DNA of 32,000 bases from Erysipelothrix inopinata (GTDB lineage: Bacteria > Bacillota_I > Bacilli_A > Erysipelotrichales > Erysipelotrichaceae): contig NZ_CP060715.1 in the NCBI RefSeq assembly GCF_014396165.1, positions 690,001 to 722,000 on the forward strand. The letters are read 5' to 3'. This document shows positions 20,597-32,000 of this stretch, piece by piece. Made by a program: the position numbers and the translations under genes. Numbering within the stretch: position 1 is the first letter of the stretch; every line of letters begins with the position of its first letter. Below the pieces are notes generated by a model. It saw only the letters and a program-made list of their open reading frames with translations. It ran no database searches and had not been told where the DNA came from.

Positions 20597-21054
20597 TAAA
20601 AATAGTAGCTATTGGTAAAGTTAAAGAAAAGGCAATGAATGAACTCATTGCTGAATATCAAAAAAGGCTAAAGCCTATTTCCCAGGTAATGTTGATTGAA
20701 CTGCCCAATAGCAAAAAGCAAGATTCAGATATTCAAGGCATAATAGAAGATGAAAGTGATCGAATACTGAGCAAAGTTAGTCCTCAAGATTACGTGATTC
20801 TTCTAGACTTGAAAGGTAAAGATTTAAGTTCAGAAAAAATGTCAGAGCATGTTATGGGAGTTCTTGATACAAGTAAACCCATCGCGTTTATTATCGGAGG
20901 CTCACATGGTGTGAGTGATGAAATAAGAAATAGAGCGAACTATCGTTGGAGAATTTCCAACCTAACTTTTCCCCACCAATTAGTTCGTCTCATGTTATAT
21001 GAACAAATCTATAGAATATTTATGATTTCAAAGAATCACCCTTATCACAAATAA
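20593..21054 (+). CDS. rlmH: 23S rRNA (pseudouridine1915-N3)-methyltransferase RlmH (SPOUT family)
   Basis: MIKIVAIGKVKEK... N-terminus and IGGSHG motif. ATGA start/stop overlap with htrA. Confidence 0.9.
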   Translation: MIKIVAIGKVKEKAMNELIAEYQKRLKPISQVMLIELPNSKKQDSDIQGIIEDESDRILSKVSPQDYVILLDLKGKDLSSEKMSEHVMGVLDTSKPIAFIIGGSHGVSDEIRNRANYRWRISNLTFPHQLVRLMLYEQIYRIFMISKNHPYHK

Positions 21055-21096
21055 TGTAAAGGCTTTTCATTTATTGAAAAGAATAAGGGCTAATCG

Positions 21097-21125
21097 TTGT
21101 AATATTGATTTAAATAGTATAGAAT
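21097..21125 (+). promoter_or_regulatory. Candidate sigma-A promoter of ptsH
   Basis: TTGTAA (21097-21102), 17-nt spacer, then TAGAAT (21120-21125). Confidence 0.4.
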
Positions 21126-21151
21126 TGTAATGAAAAGTAGGAGGTTATACT

Positions 21152-21418
21152 ATGAACGAAATTACAGTAACAGTTATTGATCCAGTTGGTCTACATGCAC
21201 GTCCTGCAACAGTGGCAGTTAACGCAGCAAGCAAATTTAAAAGCGAAATTAAAATTAGCTATAAAGGTAAAGCTGTGAACATGAAATCCATCATGGGTGT
21301 TATGTCACTTGGTATCCCAACACAATCAGAAATCGTTATTTCTGCTGAAGGTGAAGATCAAGAAGAAGCAGTTAAGACAATCGAAGAAGTTCTAAGAGCT
21401 CAAAAAGTCGTTGCTTAA
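21152..21418 (+). CDS. ptsH: Phosphocarrier protein HPr
   Basis: Active-site His in GLHARPA, and the regulatory Ser context KSIMGVMSLG. 88 aa, with an AGGAGG RBS. Confidence 0.93.
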   Translation: MNEITVTVIDPVGLHARPATVAVNAASKFKSEIKISYKGKAVNMKSIMGVMSLGIPTQSEIVISAEGEDQEEAVKTIEEVLRAQKVVA

Positions 21419-21436
21419 TTTTATAATTGAATTAAA

Positions 21437-21465
21437 ATAGAAGATGGTTATCTTCTATTTTTTTA
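21437..21465 (+). terminator. Rho-independent terminator after ptsH
   Basis: Stem atagaagat / atcttctat with loop ggtt, followed by a T6 run. Confidence 0.85.
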
Positions 21466-21482
21466 TATACAGGAGGCGAAAC

Positions 21483-23147
21483 ATGAATATTGAAAAATGG
21501 TTGGAATTATCTAAAGAATATCCATGGATTAAAGAGAGTTATGAGGCAATGAGCGAAAAGCAAATTGAAGATGCTTTCTATAAAGAATTGGAATTTGGAA
21601 CTGCGGGGATGCGAGGCGTTTTAGGAATGGGGCCAAATAGAATGAATGATTTCACGGTAGCTCGTGCAAATTATGCATTTGGTCAATACCTTACAGAGAC
21701 ATTTAGTGATAAACCACTCAAGGTTGCGATTGCTTATGATAACCGTCATCAATCTCGAGAGTTTGCGGATGTCAGTGCAAGAGTGTTGTCAACATTTGGA
21801 ATTGAATCGCATGTATTCCAAGATCCAAGACCTACTCCTGAATTATCATTTGCTGTACGAAGCCTGGGATGTGTGGGTGGTATCGTTATCACTGCTAGTC
21901 ACAATCCCAAAGAATATAATGGTTATAAAATCTATGACGAAACAGGTTGCCAACTTGTAGATAATAAGGTGGCGAGAGTTATCGAAATTATTGGTGAGTT
22001 AGGTGATGTCACTGATATCGCCCTACCAGAAGGGGAACGCGATCTGATTCATAAAATTCCCTTTGATTTTGATACCTTATATATGGATGCAGTCAAATCA
22101 TTGCAATTAAGAAAAGAATTAGACAAAAAAGTTAAGATTGTATTTAGTTCACAACACGGTACATCATACCCTATTGTTCCCAATATTTTAGAGGAATGCG
22201 GTTATGATGTGATTGTGGTGAAAGAACAAAGTAATTACGATCCTGACTTTACGAATACTAAAACCCCAAATCCCGAAGAACGAGCAAGTTATGAGTTGCC
22301 TATCAAATATGCTGAGAAGTATGATGCTGACTTAATTCTTGTTTGTGATCCCGACGCGGATAGAATGGGTATTGTCGTGAAACACCAAGGTCAGTATGTA
22401 AATCTGACCGGAAACCAAGGCGGTTCACTCTTACAAGATTATATTTACAGTTCCCTTATCGAGAAAAAGATGATGCCAGAACATCCTTATATGTTTAACA
22501 CAGTTGTGACATCTAATCTCGGTGAATTGATTGCTAAAAAGTACAATGTTAATGTTGAAAAAACTTTAACGGGATTCAAGTATATTGGTGAAAAAATCGA
22601 GAATCTTAACAAGAGTAATAAAGGAACCTTCGTGTTCGGTTACGAAGAAAGCTACGGTTACTTAATTAAGGAATTCGTAAGAGATAAGGATGCACCACAG
22701 GCATGTATCATGGTTGCTGAAATGGCAAACTACTATCTTCACGAAAATAAAACTTTGGTTGATCGTTTGAATGAGCTCTATGATGAGTTTGGTTACTATC
22801 ATGAAAATCAAGTAGCATTTACTTTGGCTGGAGCTGAAGGACTTGCAAAAATCCAAGAAACTCTCAGTTATTTCCGTGATAATGAAATTAATGAAATAGG
22901 TGGGCTCAAGGTAGTTGATAAAGAAGATTACCTTCTCTCGGTAAATTCAAAAGGCGATGTTCTTAATTTTCCAAAATCAAACGTTCTAAAATTCTTCTTA
23001 GAAGACGGTTCTTGGATTGCAATTCGACCATCAGGAACAGAACCAAAATGCAAGTTCTATTACTGTGTAGTGGATACCAGTCCGGAAAAATCATATGAGA
23101 AGTTTATACAGTTAAAGAATGCAATTGCTGCAATCACAAAATTATAG
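21483..23147 (+). CDS. pgcA: Phosphoglucomutase/phosphomannomutase family protein (PgcA-like)
   Basis: Phosphoserine loop TASHNP, Mg loop DPDADR, sugar-binding loop GYEESYG, and phosphate loop RPSGTEP. I prefer the ATG at 21483 (CAGGAGG RBS) because the longer ORF start lies inside the ptsH terminator. Confidence 0.88.
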   Translation: MNIEKWLELSKEYPWIKESYEAMSEKQIEDAFYKELEFGTAGMRGVLGMGPNRMNDFTVARANYAFGQYLTETFSDKPLKVAIAYDNRHQSREFADVSARVLSTFGIESHVFQDPRPTPELSFAVRSLGCVGGIVITASHNPKEYNGYKIYDETGCQLVDNKVARVIEIIGELGDVTDIALPEGERDLIHKIPFDFDTLYMDAVKSLQLRKELDKKVKIVFSSQHGTSYPIVPNILEECGYDVIVVKEQSNYDPDFTNTKTPNPEERASYELPIKYAEKYDADLILVCDPDADRMGIVVKHQGQYVNLTGNQGGSLLQDYIYSSLIEKKMMPEHPYMFNTVVTSNLGELIAKKYNVNVEKTLTGFKYIGEKIENLNKSNKGTFVFGYEESYGYLIKEFVRDKDAPQACIMVAEMANYYLHENKTLVDRLNELYDEFGYYHENQVAFTLAGAEGLAKIQETLSYFRDNEINEIGGLKVVDKEDYLLSVNSKGDVLNFPKSNVLKFFLEDGSWIAIRPSGTEPKCKFYYCVVDTSPEKSYEKFIQLKNAIAAITKL

Positions 23148-23169
23148 CCAGATACGTCTGGCTTTTTTT
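23146..23169 (+). terminator. Rho-independent terminator after pgcA
   Basis: Stem agccaga / tctggct with loop tacg, followed by a T6 run. It overlaps the stop codon. Confidence 0.85.
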
Positions 23170-23233
23170 ATGGAATGAATTGAAAGATTGGTCGAAATGA
23201 GGTATTGTAAGAATGCAGGAGGAGCGTATTTTT

Positions 23234-25204
23234 ATGAGTAAAATTGAAGATTTAGCGGTTAGTTCACTGCGTGTTCTGTCGGTTGATTCAGTTCAAAAAG
23301 CAAATTCCGGTCACCCGGGAATGCCTTTAGGTTCTGCACCAATTGCTTACACAGTGTGGGCAAACCACATGAATTTCGATGTTAACGATACGAAATGGAT
23401 TAATCGTGACCGGTTTATTTTGTCTGCTGGTCATGCATCAGCATTGTTGTATTCGTTATTACATCTATTTGGTTATGGAGTATCTCTTGAAGATCTCCAA
23501 AACTTCCGTCAACTGGGTTCAAAAACACCAGGACATCCAGAGTATGGTCACACTGAAGGTGTGGAAGCGACGACAGGTCCATTAGGGGCAGGTCTTTCTA
23601 CAGCAGTTGGTATGGCAATGGCTCAAGAGCATCTTGCAGCTAAATATAACCGTGAAGGTTATGAAGTGCTCAACAACTTCACTTATGTTCTGTCAGGTGA
23701 TGGATGTATGATGGAAGGAATTACCAGCGAAGCTTCATCACTAGCTGGTACACTTGAATTGGGTCGTTTAATTGTTCTTTACGATTCAAATAACATTACT
23801 ATTGAAGGTGACACAGATTTAGCTTTCAGAGAAAATGTTAGACAACGTTATGAAGCATATGGTTTCGAAACATTCTTAGTCGAAGACGGAAATGATCTCG
23901 AAGCAATCAATGCTGCAATAACACTAGCTAAAGCAAATCTTGATAAACCATCGTTTATCGAAGTTCGTACCAAAATTGGATACGGAAGTGCTAAAGAAGG
24001 AAGTTCAGCAGCACACGGTGCACCTCTAGGTGAAGATAACATCGTTGCCCTTAAAGATTTCCTCGGATACCCAAGCCACGAGCCATTCTTTGTTCCTGAA
24101 GAAGTATACGCTCACTATAACGAAATTGCACAAGAAGGTGCAGCAGCACACGAAGCTTGGAACGTAATGTTCGAAGACTACCGTCGTGAATATCCTGAAC
24201 TTGCTAAGTTGTGGGATGAAGATTTTAAAGAGATTACATTAGAAGAACTTGAAGCAGATTCATCACTATGGGAATTTGAGGATAAACCTCAAGCAACTCG
24301 TAATGTTTCAGGAATTATGATTAATCGTCTTAAAGATAAATATTCAAACATTTTTGGAGGGTCAGCAGACCTTGCTTCATCGAACATGACTCATATGAAT
24401 GATGAAGAATCCTTTGCGGCAAACAACTATCTTGGAAGAAATATCCACTTTGGTGTTCGTGAACATGCAATGGCAGCAATGGGAAATGGAATTATGTTAT
24501 ATGGAGGACTTCGTTCTTATGTAGCTACATTCTTCGTATTTGCTGATTTCTTAAAACCAATGGCTCGTTTGAGTTCATTAATGGGTGTTCCATTAACATA
24601 TGTACTAACACACGATAGTATCGGTGTTGGTGAGGATGGACCAACACATGAACCAATCGAACAATTAGAAATGTTGCGTGCATTACCAAACTTCCATACT
24701 TTCAGACCTGCAGATGCAACTGAAACAGCATATGGATGGGCACATGCTCTAACATCAAAAACAACACCTGTAGGATTGATCCTATCACGTCAAAACTTAC
24801 CTCAATTAGAAATGACGGGTAAGGGAGCACTTAAAGGTGGCTACATTGTTTATGAACCAAAAGAAGTTGAAGCAATTATTATTGCTACAGGATCTGAAGT
24901 TTCATTAGCAATTGATGCAGCTAAAGAACTTGATGGTAAATTAGGTGTTCGTGTTGTAAGTATGCCTTGTATGGAATTGTTTGATGAACAATCAAATGAA
25001 TACCGTGAAGAAATCTTACCGAACGCAATCCGAAACCGTATGGTAGTTGAAGCAGCTACGTCACGTGTTTGGGGTAAATATGTTGGAATTGATGGGAAGT
25101 ATTTAACATTAGATACATTCGGAGCATCAGGTCCAGGTAACCAACTTTTCAAACATTTTGGATTTACTACAGAAAATCTAATTAATCAATTACTAAATAA
25201 ATAA
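23234..25204 (+). CDS. tkt: Transketolase
   Basis: SGHPG ThDP motif near the N-terminus, GDGCMMEG, and THDSIGVGEDGPTHEP. ATG at 23234 with an AGGAGG RBS. Confidence 0.96.
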   Translation: MSKIEDLAVSSLRVLSVDSVQKANSGHPGMPLGSAPIAYTVWANHMNFDVNDTKWINRDRFILSAGHASALLYSLLHLFGYGVSLEDLQNFRQLGSKTPGHPEYGHTEGVEATTGPLGAGLSTAVGMAMAQEHLAAKYNREGYEVLNNFTYVLSGDGCMMEGITSEASSLAGTLELGRLIVLYDSNNITIEGDTDLAFRENVRQRYEAYGFETFLVEDGNDLEAINAAITLAKANLDKPSFIEVRTKIGYGSAKEGSSAAHGAPLGEDNIVALKDFLGYPSHEPFFVPEEVYAHYNEIAQEGAAAHEAWNVMFEDYRREYPELAKLWDEDFKEITLEELEADSSLWEFEDKPQATRNVSGIMINRLKDKYSNIFGGSADLASSNMTHMNDEESFAANNYLGRNIHFGVREHAMAAMGNGIMLYGGLRSYVATFFVFADFLKPMARLSSLMGVPLTYVLTHDSIGVGEDGPTHEPIEQLEMLRALPNFHTFRPADATETAYGWAHALTSKTTPVGLILSRQNLPQLEMTGKGALKGGYIVYEPKEVEAIIIATGSEVSLAIDAAKELDGKLGVRVVSMPCMELFDEQSNEYREEILPNAIRNRMVVEAATSRVWGKYVGIDGKYLTLDTFGASGPGNQLFKHFGFTTENLINQLLNK

Positions 25205-25217
25205 AATATTTACACTG

Positions 25218-25244
25218 AAAACAGCCTATTTAGGCTGTTTTTTG
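25218..25244 (+). terminator. Rho-independent terminator after tkt
   Basis: Stem aaaacagcct / aggctgtttt with loop attt, followed by a T run. Confidence 0.88.
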
Positions 25245-25294
25245 TATGTGTTTCACTAATAAAATAAAATAAATGAAATAAATGCGAAAAAGCG

Positions 25295-25323
25295 TTGACA
25301 GGGTGTTGAGGTAATGATATTAT
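25295..25323 (+). promoter_or_regulatory. rRNA operon promoter with an upstream A/T-rich (UP-like) tract
   Basis: TTGACA (25295-25300), 17-nt spacer, then TATTAT (25318-25323). It is preceded by aataaaataaaataaatgaaataaatgcgaaaaa. Confidence 0.7.
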
Positions 25324-25356
25324 GTACAAGCGCTAAGGGAAACCGGCGCAGCAAAT

Positions 25357-25381
25357 GGTCTTTGAAAACTGAACAGGAAAC
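25357..25381 (+). promoter_or_regulatory. rrn leader boxA-like element and 5' arm of the 16S processing stem
   Basis: ggtctttgaaaactgaacaggaaac resembles the Bacillus rrn boxA (ttctttgaaaac). It is complementary to 27030-27051 at 21 of 22 positions (2 G-U pairs, 1 mismatch). Confidence 0.6.
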
Positions 25382-25446
25382 GTCAATTTCAAGTAAATAA
25401 AAACAAAACAAAATAAACTCGTCAGAGTTAAAAAAATGAGAAAGAA

Positions 25447-26990
<1,544 letters not shown>

Positions 26991-27029
26991 AGGAGTAATA
27001 TTTTAGAAAGACGTGAAATTGACAAAATA

Positions 27030-27146
27030 GTTTCCTGTTTAGTTTTGAGAGGCTGTAAGCATCTCAGAAATGAATGATCTTTGAAAACTGAATAACAGAA
27101 GAGATAGATAGACATTAAAAGTTATCAACAGAATATCTTTTCGAAT
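27030..27146 (+). other. 16S-23S spacer segment carrying the 3' arm of the 16S stem, a second boxA-like copy, and both 5' arms of the 23S stem
   Basis: 27030-27051 pairs with 25360-25381. 27079-27100 (ctttgaaaactgaataacagaa) pairs with 30219-30240. 27133-27146 (atatcttttcgaat) pairs perfectly with 30199-30212. No tRNA-like sequence occurs in the spacer. Confidence 0.65.
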
Positions 27147-27279
27147 AGTTGTAATAACTAGATTTACATCAAGTTAAACAAACAGTAACTTAAGCAATAA
27201 AAAAATAAGCGAACACACGTTTATCAAGCGATAAACATAAAAAACTGATTTTAAATAGATCAGGCGCGAAATTACATGT

Positions 27280-30186
<2,907 letters not shown>

Positions 30187-30198
30187 CACAAAGACAAC

Positions 30199-30240
30199 AT
30201 TCGAAAAGATATCGAAATTTCTGTTATTCAGTTTTGAGAG
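30199..30240 (+). other. 23S-5S spacer: 3' arms of the 23S processing stem
   Basis: attcgaaaagatat (30199-30212) and ttctgttattcagttttgagag (30219-30240) are complementary to 27133-27146 and 27079-27100. Confidence 0.65.
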
Positions 30241-30263
30241 ATTATCTCTCAGCAATGCCAGGA

Positions 30264-30377
30264 TCTGGTGATTCTAGCGAAGTGGTCACACCTGTTCCCA
30301 TCTCGAACACAGAAGTTAAGCACTTTAGCGGCGACAATATCTAGCCAAGCGCTAGTGAAGATAGCTCATTGCCAGGT
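30264..30377 (+). rRNA. rrf: 5S ribosomal RNA
   Basis: tctggtgat...gtcacacctgttcccatctcgaacacagaagttaagc...attgccagg. The terminal helix I forms between the two ends. About 114 nt. Confidence 0.9.
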
Positions 30378-30381
30378 AATT

Positions 30382-30407
30382 AGACATCCTTATGGATGTC
30401 TTTTTTT
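30382..30407 (+). terminator. Rho-independent terminator of the rRNA operon
   Basis: Stem agacatcc / ggatgtct with loop ttat, followed by a T6-7 run. Confidence 0.9.
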
Positions 30408-30439
30408 ATGGTATACTTAGATTAGAACGGAGATAAATT

Positions 30440-31363
30440 ATGCGAAAATTTAATCTAGGTACAAGTGATTTAGAAGTTTCAACAGTAGGTTTAGGATGTA
30501 TGCGAATGGCAAATAAGTCGGTTGATGAAGCGATAGCCATTATTCAAGCTGCACTTGATAGTAATATTAACTTTTTTGATCATGCGGATATTTATGGAGA
30601 TGGAAAATCTGAGATCATTTTTGGTGAAGCCATTAAACGTATGAAAATAGATCGCAGTGATATTATCATTCAATCAAAATGTGGCATTAACAAAGTTGAT
30701 GGAACCTTTGACTTCTCTAAAGAGCACATTCTTAAAAGTGTTGATGAAATATTAGAGAGATTACAAATGGATTACTTGGATGTGTTATTACTTCACCGAC
30801 CAGATGCCTTGGTTGAGCCAGAAGAAGTTGCGGAAGCATTTAAGATATTAAAAGATTCAGGTAAAGTTAAGTATTTTGGTGTATCAAATCAAAGTAGCAT
30901 GATGATAGATCTTTTACAGAGAAGTGTTGAAGATAAGTTGATTGTAAACCAAATGCAATTTAGTTTAATGCATTCGCCATTGGTTGATTATGGAATGAAT
31001 GTGAATATGGCTACAAATCCAGGTATTGATAGAAGTCAGGGAATGATCGAATATGCACGCTTGAATAATATTACGATTCAAGCTTGGTCTCCATTTTATG
31101 CTGGTTTCTTTGAGGCGGTGTTCGTAGATAATGATGATTACCCCGAAGTTAATGTGGCCCTTCAATTGCTTGCAGATAAATACAACGTTTCAAAAGAAGC
31201 TATTGCTGTAGCGTGGATTGATCGCCATCCTGCAAATATTCAAACTATTGTAGGAAGTATGAATCCAGATCGTATCAAAAGGATTTCGAAAGTATCAAAT
31301 GTTTCTTTAAGTAGAAAAGAATGGTACGACTTATACAAAGCTGCAGGAAATATATTACTCTGA
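30440..31363 (+). CDS. Aldo/keto reductase family oxidoreductase (YdhF-like)
   Basis: AKR tetrad context: FDHADIYGDG (Asp, Tyr), QSKCG (Lys), LLLHRPD (His). 307 aa. Confidence 0.88.
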   Translation: MRKFNLGTSDLEVSTVGLGCMRMANKSVDEAIAIIQAALDSNINFFDHADIYGDGKSEIIFGEAIKRMKIDRSDIIIQSKCGINKVDGTFDFSKEHILKSVDEILERLQMDYLDVLLLHRPDALVEPEEVAEAFKILKDSGKVKYFGVSNQSSMMIDLLQRSVEDKLIVNQMQFSLMHSPLVDYGMNVNMATNPGIDRSQGMIEYARLNNITIQAWSPFYAGFFEAVFVDNDDYPEVNVALQLLADKYNVSKEAIAVAWIDRHPANIQTIVGSMNPDRIKRISKVSNVSLSRKEWYDLYKAAGNILL

Positions 31364-31407
31364 TGATCGAGAACTAATTCATCAATTAATATGAAATTAT
31401 TAGATTA

Positions 31408-31449
31408 CACGATATATCATGAAGTATTGAATTTTCACGATATATCGTG
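31408..31449 (+). promoter_or_regulatory. Two copies of a 14-bp operator-like palindrome upstream of the SatD-family gene
   Basis: cacgatatatcatg (31408-31421, one mismatch from a palindrome) and cacgatatatcgtg (31436-31449, a perfect palindrome). Centres are 28 bp apart. Confidence 0.5.
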
Positions 31450-31455
31450 TATTAT
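31427..31455 (+). promoter_or_regulatory. Candidate sigma-A promoter of the SatD-family gene
   Basis: TTGAAT (31427-31432), 17-nt spacer, then TATTAT (31450-31455). The perfect palindrome occupies 14 of the 17 spacer positions. Confidence 0.5.
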
Positions 31456-31473
31456 ATTGACAGAGGTGATATT

Positions 31474-32000
31474 ATGTATATAGCACTAATTGGAGATATT
31501 ATTAATTCTAAAGAATATCTAAATCGTAATGAGATTCAAAATTTACTTCGTAATAAGATAGACTCACTAAATAATAAGTACAAGAAAGATCTTAAATCAC
31601 CAATCACAATCACATTGGGTGATGAATTTCAGTGTTTAATTAAGAACGTGAAGGTTTGCTTTCTCATCATTGACGAACTCAGTCTCTATCTTAGTCTAGA
31701 GGGTGTAGAGTTAAGATTTGGAATTGGTGTAGGAATGATTAGTACTGACATTGACGAGGGTATTAGTATTGGTGCTGATGGTCCTGCATATTGGAGTGCT
31801 AGAGAAGCAATTCAAATCGTACATCGAGATCATGACAATCGAAATACATCCACTTATCTAAAAATAACTGATGAGAATAACGAATCATTCTTTAATTCTA
31901 TTGTGAGACTGCAGGATTTGATTAGAAATAATTGGACCCAAACTCAAAAACAATTTGTTTACGAAATTATTTCAGACTTCGGATATGAGCAAATTGTTCC
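31474..32000 (+). CDS. SatD-family protein, 5' portion (runs off the window; absent from the supplied ORF track)
   Basis: My own translation of frame 1 from the ATG at 31474 is open to the window end: MYIALIGDIINSKEYLNRNEIQNLLRNKIDSLNNKYKKDLKSPITITLGDEFQCLI...RFGIGVGMIST...GADGPAYWSAREAI... The IGDI.NS and T.GDEFQ pattern matches my recollection of SatD. AGAGGTGA RBS. Confidence 0.65.
   Translation, partial: MYIALIGDIINSKEYLNRNEIQNLLRNKIDSLNNKYKKDLKSPITITLGDEFQCLIKNVKVCFLIIDELSLYLSLEGVELRFGIGVGMISTDIDEGISIGADGPAYWSAREAIQIVHRDHDNRNTSTYLKITDENNESFFNSIVRLQDLIRNNWTQTQKQFVYEIISDFGYEQIV

Noticed and set aside
12811-23233. Longer N-terminal extensions offered by the ORF track for yybS-like (12811), rplI (15395), the M23 gene (17245), htrA (19466), pgcA (21444) and tkt (23213).
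   Set aside because: The extensions start inside upstream terminators or coding regions and lack an RBS. The downstream in-frame ATGs have good Shine-Dalgarno spacing and give canonical family N-termini.
26991-27279. Checked the 16S-23S spacer, the 23S-5S spacer and the region after 5S for tRNA genes.
   Set aside because: No GC-rich acceptor-stem or T-loop (GTTCGAATC-like) signatures are present. The spacer is A/T-rich and is explained by the processing-stem arms.
31391-31483. 30-aa mini-ORF (MKLLDYTIYHEVLNFHDISCIILTEVILCI) overlapping the operator repeats and the satD start.
   Set aside because: It has no Shine-Dalgarno sequence, it overlaps the promoter and operator, and it runs out of frame into the satD start. 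It is likely fortuitous.

Overview
This is a low-GC Firmicutes window. The 16S signatures and gene order look Erysipelotrichaceae/Erysipelothrix-like, but I identified this by eye only, with no database search. Every credible gene is on the + strand, and the content is a typical origin-proximal housekeeping block. In order: cutC (3' fragment), a large transglutaminase-like protein, a small DUF1146-like membrane protein, mreB/mbl, a MazF/PemK-fold ORF, tilS, hpt, ftsH, hslO, lysS, an ispD-like gene, rpsF-ssb-rpsR, yybS-like, gdpP, rplI, dnaB, an M23/G5 peptidase, walJ(yycJ)-like, htrA-like, rlmH, ptsH, a phosphoglucomutase, tkt, a complete 16S-23S-5S rRNA operon (no spacer tRNA), an aldo/keto reductase, and the 5' part of a SatD-family gene running off the window. 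Many rho-independent terminators and several sigma-A-type promoters can be read directly from the sequence. I see no CRISPR array, IS/transposase, integrase, prophage or recognisable defence island, and no obvious compositional break. The window therefore looks core rather than accessory, and I do not claim a clear novel multi-gene system. The features most worth a second look are: (1) an antitoxin-less MazF/PemK-fold protein with a Cys-rich N-terminal extension heading the tilS-hpt-ftsH unit; (2) a 764-aa cytoplasmic protein with one intact PNGase-like transglutaminase core and one catalytically dead copy; (3) an M23/G5 peptidase between dnaB and walJ-htrA-rlmH, where other Firmicutes carry walRK-yycHI; (4) an orphan ispD-like gene with a degenerate nucleotide-binding loop; (5) a perfect 14-bp palindrome filling the promoter spacer of the SatD-family gene. 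All functional calls come from motif recognition by eye and need homology or structure searches to confirm.
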